DNA from: the human T2T-CHM13v2.0 reference genome, Homo sapiens
Reading direction: 5' to 3' (one strand)
Length of the DNA stretch: 64,000 nt
Assembly: GCF_009914755.1 (NCBI RefSeq)
Contig: NC_060934.1
A program made the translations under genes and the position numbers. Of this stretch, positions 20,783 through 35,972 are shown one piece after another. Numbering within the stretch: the first letter of the stretch is position 1; each line of letters begins with the position of its first letter. The notes beneath the pieces are model-generated. The model was not told the origin of the DNA, did not search any database, and saw nothing but the letters and a program-made list of their open reading frames with translations.

Positions 20783-21619
20783 TGCTTTCATTTTGCTCTC
20801 TGCAATCCTTCATGACATGAACAAGGAAAAAAAAACCTTCCTGTACAGCACAAATTCACATTTAATAATCCTCCTCCAGTTCTGAGTTTGTTTTGTCTAG
20901 TCCTAAAGTTGCTTTTAATAAGGGAGTAGCGATCCTAGCCCATTGAGCTTGTTTTTTTAAATGATGCTTTGATTTCTCAGGCAGGCTGGGTTGATGTTAC
21001 CCTTGGCATCCTCCCAGATAATTTTAGTGTCAATAAAAAAATCTGGGCATCTGCCACCCTCCTTATTTTACCCTTGGATGATGTGAGCAGGATGTCTTAG
21101 GATGTCCCCAGCTTCAGACATCTGAACTCAGAGCTGTGTAGAGATCCGTGAGTTTGCACCCTGGCTAGACTTCAAGAGCAACAGGAGAAAATCAAAATGA
21201 AAAGTCCATGCAAAGAGGACCTTCACCAAGGACACTTTGAGGTCTCAAGGAGGCTATGAAAGTCAATTTCAATAACATCTGGATCTTGCTAGATGTTAAA
21301 ACCAGCTTGCGGTACTCCTGGCTGTTCACTAGAGTCAGGAACACTAACTTCTTGCTTAAGCTCCCAGAGGCGAAGAGACATTAAGATCCTGGCAGCAACA
21401 GAAATGTCTTGAAGATGAGGTCCATTCCTAGGAGTTGTACAGAACACCCCAAATAAAATGCACCAATAAAGCCTCATTCCTAAGAACAGCAGATTAAATT
21501 CTACTCAGTTCCAGTGAACTCTTTTCGGGTCAGAAGGTGCCAACCAATCAAATACGCCATGCCTGCCATCCCTCTCAAAAGCGGGCACTTCCCTCTCAAA
21601 AAGAAAGTTGGTACCACTA

Positions 21620-22035
<416 letters not shown>

Positions 22036-22151
22036 GGAAAAATGTGAAAGCCACTGTGTGTGGCACTTTCCAGAATAAAGAGGAGTATCTTAGGCCAAGA
22101 AGAATGACCTGCCCAGGGTCACATAGCTCATCCATGTCAGAGGTAGGACCC

Positions 22152-22906
<755 letters not shown>

Positions 22907-23453
22907 CGTAGAACCAGAATCCAGGTCTGTTAACCCCCAACCCAGGTATCCCTATGGCTCTCAGGTCCTCACTACCGCATTTGTTGTCTTGGGCTCCTCG
23001 AAGTTCAAGGTCACCTCTGTGGCTCAGAGACAGCAGCAGAGAATTGCCCCTTGAAGTGGTGGTTTGGTATTGTGTGTACCACATATACCCCTAGAGACTC
23101 CATAGCACCCACCCCCCGCCATATTACCTAACTCCTCAGAAGGAAGGGGGTTTGCCCCTTGGGGTCAGGGTGCATCTTGGTGATCCACTGAGAAGGGTTA
23201 GAGGGAGGACCCTTCATCCAGGAATAAAGCAAGTGCTGCTCACCTGCTGGTGACTTCTTGGGAACCTGGGGAAGGGGGAACGAACCACCCCAGTGTCCAC
23301 GAGTCCCTGAGTGCAGGCTGTAAATGAAAAAGTGTCTGAGACAGGTCTCAATCCGTTCGCATGTTTGTTTTACTGAGGTTATAGACGCGTGCTCAGGAAG
23401 CAGGTCTGTGCCTTTCCCCAAAGATGATTTTGAGGGTTTCAATATTTAAAGGG

Positions 23454-23735
23454 GGCCGGGCGAGGTGGCTCCCATGTGTAATCCCAGCACTTTGGGAGAT
23501 CGAGGCAGCCAGATCACTTGAGGTCAGGAGTTCGAGACCAACCTGGCCAACATGGTGAAACCCTGCCTCTACTAAAAATTCAAAAATTAGCTGTGCGTGG
23601 TGGCGGGCACCTGTAATCCCAGCTACTTGGGAGGCTAGGGCGGGAGAATAGCTTGAACCCAGGAGGCAGTGAGCCGAGATCATGCTACTGCACTCCAGCC
23701 TGGGTGACAGACCAAGACTGTCTCAAAATATATAT
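23454..23735 (+). mobile_element. AluS inside MER4A
   Basis: Dimer with TSD ATATTTAAAGG. Confidence 0.94.
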
Positions 23736-24125
23736 ATTTAAAGGAAAACGGGTGTATATTGGGGAAAGAGTAAGAACTTTTAAAAAGTGTTGGGTAGACA
23801 AGAGGTAAATGGTTGCATTTTTTTGGGTCTTTGGTCGGCCGTTCACATGTGAGGAGGGATAGAGGAACAGTGTTAGGCATTCATCTAGCTCAGTGAATCT
23901 GCATTTTTACATGAGATGTGATCAAAGAAACAGGGCAGAGGAAGCAATCAGATATGCATTTGTCTCAGGTGAGCAGGGGGATGACTTTGAGTTCAGTCCT
24001 TTGTCCCACACCTGTGTACATAAGCTATCCATTTACATTAGCAGGGTGAAACGCAACAACTCTTTCAGGGTAAAGACCTAGGGGCCACAGGGAATTTCTA
24101 GTGGGCAAATTGTGAGAGAGGTATG

Positions 24126-25132
24126 TGTGGGCGGCAAGCCACCCAGGCGCCAAGGCAAGAGACCGAGGACACGAGCTGTTCCAGTATAATAAAATATAAA
24201 ACAAGAATAGTTATACCAGATGTAGATCTTAGATATGATTATATATGAATATCATTAATCATTAGTTTGTAGTAATTACTCTTTATCCCAATATTTTAAT
24301 AATCCTCGCTCTACAGTCATAACCTAGGAAAAACCAGGCCATACAGAGATAGGAGCTGTGACCAGATAGTGAGAAGTGACCAGAAGACAAGAGTGCGAGC
24401 CTTCTGTTATGCCCGGACAGGGCCAGCAGAGGGCTCCTTGGTCTAGCGGTAACACCAGCATCTGGGAAGACGCCCGTTGCCAAGCGGACGGTGGTCTAGC
24501 GGTAGCGAAAAGTGTCAAGGAACAACACCCACTACTTAGCAGACCGGGAAAGGGAGTCTCCCTTTCCCCGGGGGAGTTTAGAGAAGACTCTGCTCCTCCA
24601 CCTTTTGTGGAGGGCCTGACATTAGTCAGGCTCGCCTGCAGTTATCCGGAGGCCTAACCGTCTCCCTGTGATGCTGTGCTTCGGTGGTCATGCTCCTAGT
24701 CCGCCTTCATGTTCCATCCTGTACACCTGGCTCTGCCTTCTAGATAGCAGTAGTCAATTAGTGAAAGTACTAAAAGTCTCTAATAAGCAGAAATAATGGC
24801 GTAAGCTGTCTTTCTCTCTGTCTCCTCTCCCTCTCTGCCTCGGCTGCCAGGCAGGGAAGGGCCCCCTGTCCAGTGGACACGTGACCCACATGACCTTACC
24901 TATCACTGGAGATGACTCACACTCTTTACCCTGCCCCTTCTGCCTTGTATCCAATAAATAACAGTGCAGCCAGACATTCGGGGCCACTACTGGGCTCTGC
25001 GCATTGGTAGTAGTGGTCCCCCGGGCCCAGCTGTCTTTTCTTTTATCTCTTTGTCTTGTGTCTTTATTTCTACACTCTCTCGTCGCTGCACACAGGGAGA
25101 GACCCACCAACGCTGTGGGGCTGGTCCCTACA
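24126..25132 (+). mobile_element. LTR13-family (ERVK) solo LTR, full length
   Basis: 1007 bp, TGTGGGCGG...CCCTACA termini, internal AATAAA near 24953, 6-bp TSD GGTATG/GGTGTG. Confidence 0.9.
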
Positions 25133-25142
25133 GGTGTGTAGC

Positions 25143-25190
25143 TTTTTTTTCTTTTCTTTTCTTTTCTTTTCTTTTCTTTTCTTTTCTTTT
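25143..25190. repeat. (CTTTT)n simple repeat
   Basis: Directly visible. Confidence 0.9.
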
Positions 25191-25837
25191 GCAGCTACCT
25201 TCTTTAGGAATAAAATGAGAGGCAGGTCTGCCTGACTGCAGTTCCCAGCTTGACTTTGCCCTTTGGCTTAGTGATTGTGGGTCCAAGATTTATTTTCCTT
25301 TCACAACCCCAAGGCTTGGTACAAATCCCCACCACTTGTGTTGATCAGAAACCAGCAAACATGGGAACCAGGATGAGAAGAGGAAGGCAGGCTGGGCCGA
25401 TGGTGTCCGTGGGTCTGTCTGATACCAGGATCAGGGAGGCTGCAGGGACAGGCCGGGGCTCCCAGGAGCAGTGAAGGGCTGGCACCCGGCACCACCCAGC
25501 TGAGTCACCTCCGTCCACACTCCAGAGCCCACTAGGCCAACAAGGATGAGCTCAAGAGGAAACGCAAGGGGCTTCTGACTAAAGATACACGCACCAGGAA
25601 TTCCTGCATGCTTTGATGGGTGTGCCTGAGAGTCATTCTCCCTCCCGCTGCCGGAATGATAACATTCCAGAGGTGTCACTGACCACTGTCCTACAACCAG
25701 CAGGGGCCAAGAAAGCTGTGAGCCTCTGAGAGGAGCCAGGTGGGGGAAGCGGTGCCAGAGCGCATGAACTGTGACCCCTGAGCCAAGCCTCCCCTGTCCC
25801 TTCCCAGCACTGGGCAAACTAACAAGAATAATGGCAG

Positions 25838-26095
25838 CAGCACTTTGGCAGGCTGAGGCAGGTGGAGTTCGAGACTCCTGGCCTGGCCAATATGGTGAAA
25901 CCCTGTCTTTACTAAAAATACAAAAAAATTAGCTGGGCATAGTGGTGGGCGCCTGTAGTCCCAGCTACTCGGGAGGCTGAGGCAGGAGAATCTGCTTGAA
26001 CCCCAGAGGCGGAGGTTGTAGTGAGCGGAGATCGCGCCACTGCACTCCAGCCTGGGTGACAAGAGCAAGACTCCAACTCAAAAATAAAAAAAAAA
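25838..26095 (+). mobile_element. Truncated AluS with left-arm deletion
   Basis: TSD AAGAATAATGGCAG on both sides. Confidence 0.92.
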
Positions 26096-26285
26096 GAATA
26101 ATGGCAGAGCCTGAAGTCAGAGCTTCCTGAGATCACCAAGGACGTCTCTGGCAAAGCCAGTTGAGAAAAGGCTTCATGATAACTAGAGGTTAATGAAGAC
26201 TCGTTAGTCATCTAGGAGGGGGGTAATAATTAACCAAGAGAGGTCCTCTTCAGTCTTAGCCCTGCAGGGGCACTAGCAGGTTCTG

Positions 26286-26743
26286 AGGGCCGGTTTCAGG
26301 GGCTTGTGACCCATGCAGTCACAGGGCCTCAAGCTTGGTTTAATGGTCTGCTGTTGCCATCTTGAAGTAATCAATTATTTTGTTTGTTTTTAAAGACAGG
26401 GTCTTGCTTGATACCCAGGCTGGAGTGCAGTGGCGTAATCACAGCTCACTCCAGCCTCGACCTCCCAGGCTCAAACTATTCTCCTGTCCCAGCCTGTAGC
26501 TGGGAATACAGGCATGTACCACCACGCCTGGCTAGTTATTTGGTTTTTGTGGAGATGGGGTCTCAACATGTTGCCCAGGCTGGGCTCGAACTCCTGGCCT
26601 CAGGTGATCCTTCTGCCTTGGCCTCCCAAAGTGCTGGGTCTACAGGCATGTGCCACACTGCACCCGGCCAGTAATTAATTTTGAACAAGAGGCTCAGCAT
26701 TTTCATTTTGCACTGGGCTGCACAAATTATGTAGCCAGTTCTA
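26286..26743 (+). mobile_element. MER45A (hAT-Tip100) split by antisense AluJ (26378-26669)
   Basis: agggccgg...gcttggtttaatggtctgctgttgccatcttgaa | ttttgaacaag...cattttcattttgcactgggc...caaattatgtagcc. Confidence 0.85.
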
Positions 26744-26873
26744 CAGGTCTGTCATCATTGTGTTTGTGTAGGACTGAGGGTTAGCAAGGCAGTAAAATGC
26801 TCAGTCTCTCAGCTTCCAAGGCAGATCACTCATCTAGTCATGAAATCAGATTAAACTTGGCAGAGAACTCCCT

Positions 26874-27255
26874 CCCACACACGCACCCCACACACGCACC
26901 CACACGTGCACCCACACACACGTGCACCCACACACACACACGCACCACAGACGCACTCACAGATGCACCCACACACACACCCACACACGCACCCACACAC
27001 CCACACGCGCACCCACACACCCACACATGCACCCACACGCGCACCCACACGTGCCCTCACAGGCGCACCCACATGCTCACCCACACACGCACACCCACAC
27101 ACACACATACGCACCCACACACGCACACTCACGCACACACATACACGCACAAATATGTGCACACATAGGCACCCACGTACGTGCCCACATACGCACACAC
27201 ATATGTACATGCACAGGCACCCACATAAGCATACACAGACGCACACATATGTACT
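26874..27255. repeat. Degenerate (CA)n / GCACCCACAC low-complexity array
   Basis: About 380 bp of CA-rich sequence with recurring GCACCCAC. Confidence 0.95.
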
Positions 27256-27415
27256 CAACAGATCACACCAAACTGAAGTTCAGTGATGAATGTAGGTGGG
27301 ATCAGGCCATGACTGAGAGTTGCTCAAGGGTATTTCAGGGAAATAATTTGGTACTCAGGTGATGGGCTCCTATCCATCTCTACCATGGCTCAGTGAACTG
27401 AAGAAAAGAGCCTGA

Positions 27416-27711
27416 GGCCAGGCAAGGTGGCCCACACCTGTAATCTCAATCATTTGGGAGGCTGAGGGGGTAGGATCACTTGAGCCCAGGAGTTTGAGAC
27501 CAGCCTGGGCAACATAGCAAGAGCCCATCTCTGCAAAAAAATTAGCCGGGTGTGGTGGCATGCCTCTGGTTCCACCTACTGGGGAGGCCAAGGCAGGAGG
27601 ATTGCTTGAGCCCAGGAGTTGGAGGTTTCAGTGAGCTATGATCTTACCACTGCAATCCAGCCTGGGCAACAGAATGAGACACTGTATCCAAAAAAAAAAA
27701 AAAAAAAAAAA
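27416..27711 (+). mobile_element. AluJ
   Basis: Full dimer with long poly(A). Confidence 0.94.
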
Positions 27712-28146
27712 GAGGCTGAACTTCAAAACTAGTTTGAATGTTTGGAATTAAGTTATTTAACAGCCCTAACCACCACCATTGTGACTGTACCAGCACACAG
27801 GGATGGGGGAGAGCCCACCTCGGTCCCCTGGAGGCTCCTTCATCCCAGGAGTTTGTGTTAAATGTATGGCTGGCCCACCACTGACCCCACCAAGAGCACA
27901 TCCTCAGACTCCCAGAGCTGTGGGTTCCTCCCACTTGTTTCCTACTGAGTCCTCTATTTTACTGTCAACACTGTGCCCCAAATCAATGTGCCCCCTTCAG
28001 CAGCAAAGTTGATATTTTTTTCCGGTCAGCCCCTTGCTAATAAAACCATTGCCAGAACTGGGGAAGAGGGAGGGGCTAGGAACAGAGCAGAGCAAAGGCT
28101 GCAGACTCCTGCTGCCGCTGTCTGAAGCTCAAGCTCGTTTTCATGA

Positions 28147-28647
<501 letters not shown>

Positions 28648-29249
28648 TGATGAGTCATGAACTTCCCAGTTTTCCACTGCTTCCACCACCCCTCTGGCCC
28701 TACCCTTGTCTTGTGTCTTTAATGTACGTTACTTGCCCGGCCCTGGAAGGCTTTTGAGCTTATGAACCGTGGCCCACAGGAGCGGCACCGGGACATTGTC
28801 TTAAAACTGTACTGCAATTTGTAATTAGCGATAATCCTTCCACGAACATCCACCATTCTCCAAGGCCTTTGTGCTAGATCCCCGCAGAGAGAAAAGCATA
28901 GAAGATCCTTGTCTTCAAGGCCTCTGAAATCCTGGGGGAAATGAGGGGCGGGAACACATAGCCATAACTGAGTGCAATGCCTGCAGCATGTGATTGGCAC
29001 AAATGTGTTCTCTGTGGGTGGGGAAGGATGAGATTCCTCCAGTGAATACATACAGACCCTGCGAATGGTTTGGAAGGTTCTTTTCCAACTACTAAACATG
29101 AGTTAGGTACTTAAACACTTGGAATGAAATCGCTTCCGTTAGAGAAAATAAATAGGTGCATCCTACAAAAGAGAATTTGAGGTACGGAATGTTCTGGAGG
29201 GCTAGACGGCATCTTGTTGGTTGAAGGTAGAGAGTGAAAGGAATACTGG

Positions 29250-29365
29250 ATGGAGAACCCAAAGACGTGGGGTTTGGTCCTAGCACTGCCACTATGATGC
29301 TATGTGACTTTGGGCAGACCATCTACCATCCTGAGAAATCAGTTTTTGCATCTGTACAATAAGGA
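29250..29365 (+). mobile_element. MIR fragment
   Basis: ctatgtgactttgggcag...ctgag...cagtttttgcatctgtacaa MIR core. Confidence 0.65.
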
Positions 29366-29657
29366 AGAGGTGAGGCCAAGTATAGTGGCTCATTCCTGTA
29401 ATCCCAGCACTTTGGGAGGTCCAGGTGGGAGGACAACTTTGACCCCTATGATTTCATCTCCACCCCAGCCAATCAGCAGCAAGGCCTAGCCACTCCCACC
29501 CCTTCCCCCAAACTGCCTGTGCTCTCAAGAGCAAACACAGAAAAAGAGACCACAGGGAGCTTTGGATTGTAGGATTCGGCTCTGCTAGCAGGCTTCTCAT
29601 TCTTTTTAGAACAGTTGGAGGAAGAAAAGTGAATGTTTGGATTAAAAACTAGACCTA

Positions 29658-30303
<646 letters not shown>

Positions 30304-30810
30304 AAAACAAAATGGTTCCACACTAAGAAAGGCTGACTAGAAAACAAGAAAATGTCACTCCTAACAGAATCCCAGGCCCAAAGAAGGAATGGCAGATTAA
30401 AGGCATTCATATTTATCATAGCCAAAGAAGGAAAAACTGCAGGAAATGATTAACAAGGCTGCAAGACCAATTATAACCAAAGACAGGAAGCTGAAGCAGG
30501 AGGCTTATCTCATTAGCTAATTTGAATGCAAAACTACAGGGGATGTTTCCTGTGCGCCTCCAGGGAACCCTTAATCCCTGCATAGGAAGGGCCCTCAGAG
30601 ATCGCGGAGGAGTTATTGAAGCTCTCTTGGGCCCCTTCCTTATGCTCTCTCTCTTGGAAAGTGGAGAAGGAATTCACCCAGGATAAGCGAGCATTTTTAT
30701 TTGAACTCCTAAAACATTTGTGTTTGGTGTTCATTTTGAAATTAAAGCATTTTACCAAGAAGCAGCCCCAGGGGGCTAAGGTAGCAGGGCCCAGTGGCCA
30801 ACGGGGCCTT

Positions 30811-31036
30811 TCAGCCTCAACCTCCTGGGTCAAGTGATCCTCCCACCTCAGCCTCCCTGTAGCTGGGACTACAGGCATGCGCCACCATGCCCGGCTAATT
30901 TTTGTATTTTTTGTAGAGACGGGGTTTCTCTGTGTTGCCCAGGCTGGTCGCCAACTCCTGGGCTCAAGCAATCGGCCCGCCCCCACCTCGGCCTCCCAAA
31001 GTGCTGGGATCACAGGCATGCGCCACCTCGCCTGGC
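30811..31036 (-). mobile_element. Truncated AluJ
   Basis: Antisense Alu lacking tail end. Confidence 0.9.
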
Positions 31037-31635
31037 TGGCCTCGTGCTTAATGTGCTTATGCTGCCTGGAGCAAGAGGATGGAAAGACCTAGGTTACCAG
31101 GGTTACCAAGCACCCAGGCTGGCAACTCTCACATTCCACAGTCACAGGCGCGAGACTATCATCATCTCTCCCAATGCTACTGCTGTGTTTATGAGCTCCC
31201 AAGTCACTCAGCAGGGACAGTGGCATCAGATGCAGAGGGTGGAATCTATAGCACTAAAAGGACTTTGGAGAAGAAAGACAAAATCCAATGCAACCACCCT
31301 GTGTGCCCAGGTCTGTGCTTTTGGCTGTGCACAGGCTCGCCGAAGCCAGCAGCGTGGCAGGTCCGTTTGAGTCGCGCCACACCAGGAGTGCATCTCAGAG
31401 TCTCCATCACATCCATTTTCTCTCCCCCAGTGGCACGGTTTCCTGATCAAATACAAAATGAGTCCACTTGAGGCAGCTGCCTTTGAGGTATTAGAGGCAC
31501 TACGTTTTGGGCATTGTAGGAAAGACCCCGGTAATAAAAGTTTTCATCCGCTTTCCTTATTATTTTTCTTCTTTTCCGCCAGTCACTGATAGGATAATCA
31601 ATGGTAAAGCTGACCAAAGCTACTCTAAACACTGA

Positions 31636-32427
<792 letters not shown>

Positions 32428-32854
32428 TGGTCTTGCCTATTTTTGAACTTTCTATAATTGGAATGATATTGTGTTCATCTTTCTCTAACTTCTATATACA
32501 ATCAATTCTTAAGTTTTCGAGAATTATGTTTCACGCATATTGAAGCATGCAGCTGTGGTTCATTTCCACTCCTGTAGTATTCTATTTATGAATATAAGTC
32601 AGTTTATTTATCTGTTCCCTTTTCTAGCTTTTCCCCCTTATTATTACAAATAATAGTGCCATAAACATTGTTTGAATGTGTCCTGGTCCACAAGGCAAGA
32701 CTTCTGTGGGAATGGAATTGCTAGGGCTCAGTTTTATAGCTAATGCCCAAAAGTCCAAAGTGACAGTACAAATGTATCCTCCTCTTGTGGGTGGAATTAG
32801 TCTCCCCAAAAGTCATATGTTGAAACCCTCACCCCCTCGGACCTCGGGATGTGA

Positions 32855-33055
<201 letters not shown>

Positions 33056-33189
33056 TAGTAGAGACGGGGTTTCACCATGTTGGTCAGGCTGGTCTCGAGC
33101 TCCATACTTCAGGTGATCCACCCGCCTCGGCCTCCCAAAGTACTGGGAATACAGCTCCCGGTTAGAGATGTCTTTAAAGAGGTAATTGA

Positions 33190-33655
33190 TGCAGAGATAT
33201 GGAACCAACTGAAGTGCCCATCAGCCGATGAGTGGATAAATAAAATGTGGTATACAAACACCGTGGAATACTACCCAGCCATGAAAATGAAATTTTGTCT
33301 TTTGCAGCAACTTGGATGGAGCTGGAGCCCATTATCCTGAGTGAAGTAACTCAGGAATGAAAAGCAAATACTGCACATTCTCACTTAGAAGTGGGAGCTA
33401 AGCCATGGGTACACAAAGGCCTGTGGAGTAGGACAGTGGACACTGGAGACTCAGAAGGAGGGAGGGTGCAAGGTGGGTGAACAAACTATATATTGGGTAC
33501 AATGTATGCCCCTCAGGTGATGGGTGCACTAAGATCTCAGACTTCACCACTACACAATTCATCTGTGTGACCAGAAACCACTTGTATTCCAAAAGCTATT
33601 GAAATAAAAAAAAATTAAATAAATAAATAGAATAACATTTAAAAATAAATAAATA
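33190..33655 (+). mobile_element. 5'-truncated L1 3' end (L1PB/L1MA-type)
   Basis: tggataaataaaatgtggta...aagtgggagctaagc...tgatgggtgcact...ctattgaaataaaa with A-rich tail. Confidence 0.88.
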
Positions 33656-33663
33656 CTAAAATA

Positions 33664-33731
33664 TTGGGTTGGTGCAAAAGTAATTGCCATTTAAAATGTC
33701 AAAAACTGCAATTACTTTTGCACCAACCTAA
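33664..33731. mobile_element. MADE1 (Hsmar1-derived mariner MITE)
   Basis: 24-bp TIRs TTGGGTTGGTGCAAAAGTAATTGC / GCAATTACTTTTGCACCAACCTAA (23/24 match), TA on both sides. Confidence 0.95.
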
Positions 33732-34341
33732 TAAAAAGGTCATTAAGTTAAAGTGAGGTCTTAGGGTGCCTAAGCCAATAGGATGAGTGTCCTTCTAAAA
33801 GGACACAGACACAGAGGGAAGGCCACGGGAAGTCACAGGGCGAAGGCAGCCAACTGCAGAAGGAGAGAGGCCTCAGGAGAAGCCAACGCTGCCAACACCT
33901 TCATCTCAGATTTCTTAGCTTCCAGAACTGTGAGACGACGCATATTTATTGTTTAAGCCATGCAGTCCGAGGTGCTTTATTGTAGCAGCTAAGCCAAACT
34001 GAGCCATCTCCCTCCAGCAATCCACGCACGTTCCAGCGGCTCCGCACCTTCTCCAAGTGATTCTTCCATTTTTTGCCGACTGGGTGGAGGTGAAAGATAT
34101 CTCATGGTGGTTTGAAGCTGCGTTTCTCCGATTATTGATGACGCTGATCATAGATGGTATTTTCATTTGTTTATGAGTCACTCGTGTTCCTTCTTAGAAA
34201 TGCCTGCGCATGTTGTTTGAGACTTTTGCGTTACTTTTTAGGAGTTCATATATCCTAGGTACTAACCCACTGACGGGTATGTGTATTGAGAATATCTTCT
34301 CCAAGTTCATGCCTAGTCTTTTTGCCCTCTTTACGCGCTTT

Positions 34342-34411
34342 CTTTTTTATTATACTTTAAGTTTTAGGGTACATGTGCACAACATGCAGGTTTGTTACAT
34401 ATGTATACATG
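34342..34411 (-). mobile_element. About 70-bp L1PA 3'-terminal insertion
   Basis: ttattatactttaagttttagggtacatgtgcacaac...gtttgttacatatgtatacatg; TSD CTCTTTACGC(G/A)CTTT. Confidence 0.9.
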
Positions 34412-34433
34412 CTCTTTACGCACTTTTTGATGA

Positions 34434-34724
<291 letters not shown>

Positions 34725-34811
34725 TAATTGACTACGGTTCTGTCATAAGTCTTGTTCTCCAGAGTGTGGCCCTTGCCTGAGTATTTCCTTTGGGGAAGAA
34801 GAGGTCTAGAC

Positions 34812-35324
34812 TAGCAGTCCCCAACCTTTTTGGCACCAGGGACCAGTTTCATGGAAGACAATTTTTCTACAGAGGAGGGTGGGGGATGGTTTTGGGGTGG
34901 TTCCAGTGCATTACATTTATTGTGCACTTTATTTCTATTATTATTGCATTGTAATATGTGAGGAAATAATTCTACAACTCGCCATAGTGTAGAATCAGTG
35001 GAAGCCCTGAGCTTGTTTTCCTGCAACTACATGGTCCCATCTCGGGTGATGGGAGACAGTGACAGATCATCAGGCATTAGATTCTCCTAAGGAGCACGCA
35101 ACCTAGATCCCTGGCATGCACAGTTCACAATAGGGCTCTTGCTCTTATGAGAATCTGATGCCACTGCTGATCTGACAGGAGGCAGAGCTCAGGTGGTAAT
35201 GAGAGTGATGAGGCGCGGCTGTCAGTACAGATGAAGCTTCACCCAGTCACCTGCCACTCACCCCATGCTGTGAGGCTCTGTTCCTAACAGGCCACAGAGC
35301 AGTGCCAGGGGTTGGGGACCCTTT
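34812..35324 (+). mobile_element. MER1A (hAT-Charlie), near full length
   Basis: gtccccaacctttttggcaccagggacc...ggggttggggacc; 8-bp TSD GTCTAGAC/GTCTAGAT fitting the NTCTAGAN target. Confidence 0.93.
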
Positions 35325-35690
35325 GTCTAGATTATTCTTGGCACTTTTCCCTTCTATTTTAAATTTGAGATTCGTCTTGTCCAATTTCAGAAAAAATTCT
35401 TATTGAAACTTCAAAAGAAATTACATTAAAACTATAAGTCAGTTAAGAACGGACATCTTTATGACATTAAGTATTTCTTTTTATATACATGGTATCTGTT
35501 TGAGCTTTCTCCATAAAAGTCTTTTATAGATGTATCCTTAGTACCCTATTTTTTGTCATTGTTACTTTTTTTTTATTTCTTTACATAAAACTGAATTTCT
35601 GTTTGTTGCTGGTGTAGAGAAACACAGTTGACATTGTGTATTGATTCTGCCAGAAAACTTGCTAACTATCTTATATATTCTAGTAATTCT

Positions 35691-35972
35691 TGTATTAGGG
35701 TTCTCTAGAGGGACAGAACTAATAAGATAGAAATACATTCAACGGGGAGTATATTAAGGATGCTGACTCACACGATCACAAGGTGAAGTCCCACAACAGG
35801 CGTCTGCAAGCTGAGGAGCAAGGAAGCCAGTCCCAGTCCCAAAACCTCAAAAGTAGGGAAGCCAACAGCGCAGCGCAGCCTTCAGTCTGTGGCTGAAGGC
35901 CCGAGATCCCCCGGCAGATCGCTGGTGTGAGCCCGAGTCTAGAAGCTGAAGAACTTGGAGTCCAATGTTGGA
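35691..35972 (-). mobile_element. MLT2A-type ERVL LTR, partial
   Basis: tgtattagggttctctagagggacagaactaata...ctgcaagctgaggagcaaggaagccagt...gaagaacttggagtcc. Confidence 0.88.

Larger units (their letters stand above)
23319..25305 (-). mobile_element. MER4A-type ERV1 solo LTR hosting an Alu and an LTR13
   Basis: Ends tgtaaatgaaaaagtgtctgagacaggtctcaatc and ccaagatttattttcctttcaca match reverse-complemented MER4A termini; internal aatcagatatgcattt motif. Confidence 0.82.

Noticed and set aside
26797-27362. His/Thr-rich and Cys/Val-rich ORFs
   Set aside because: Direct translation of the CA/TG repeat
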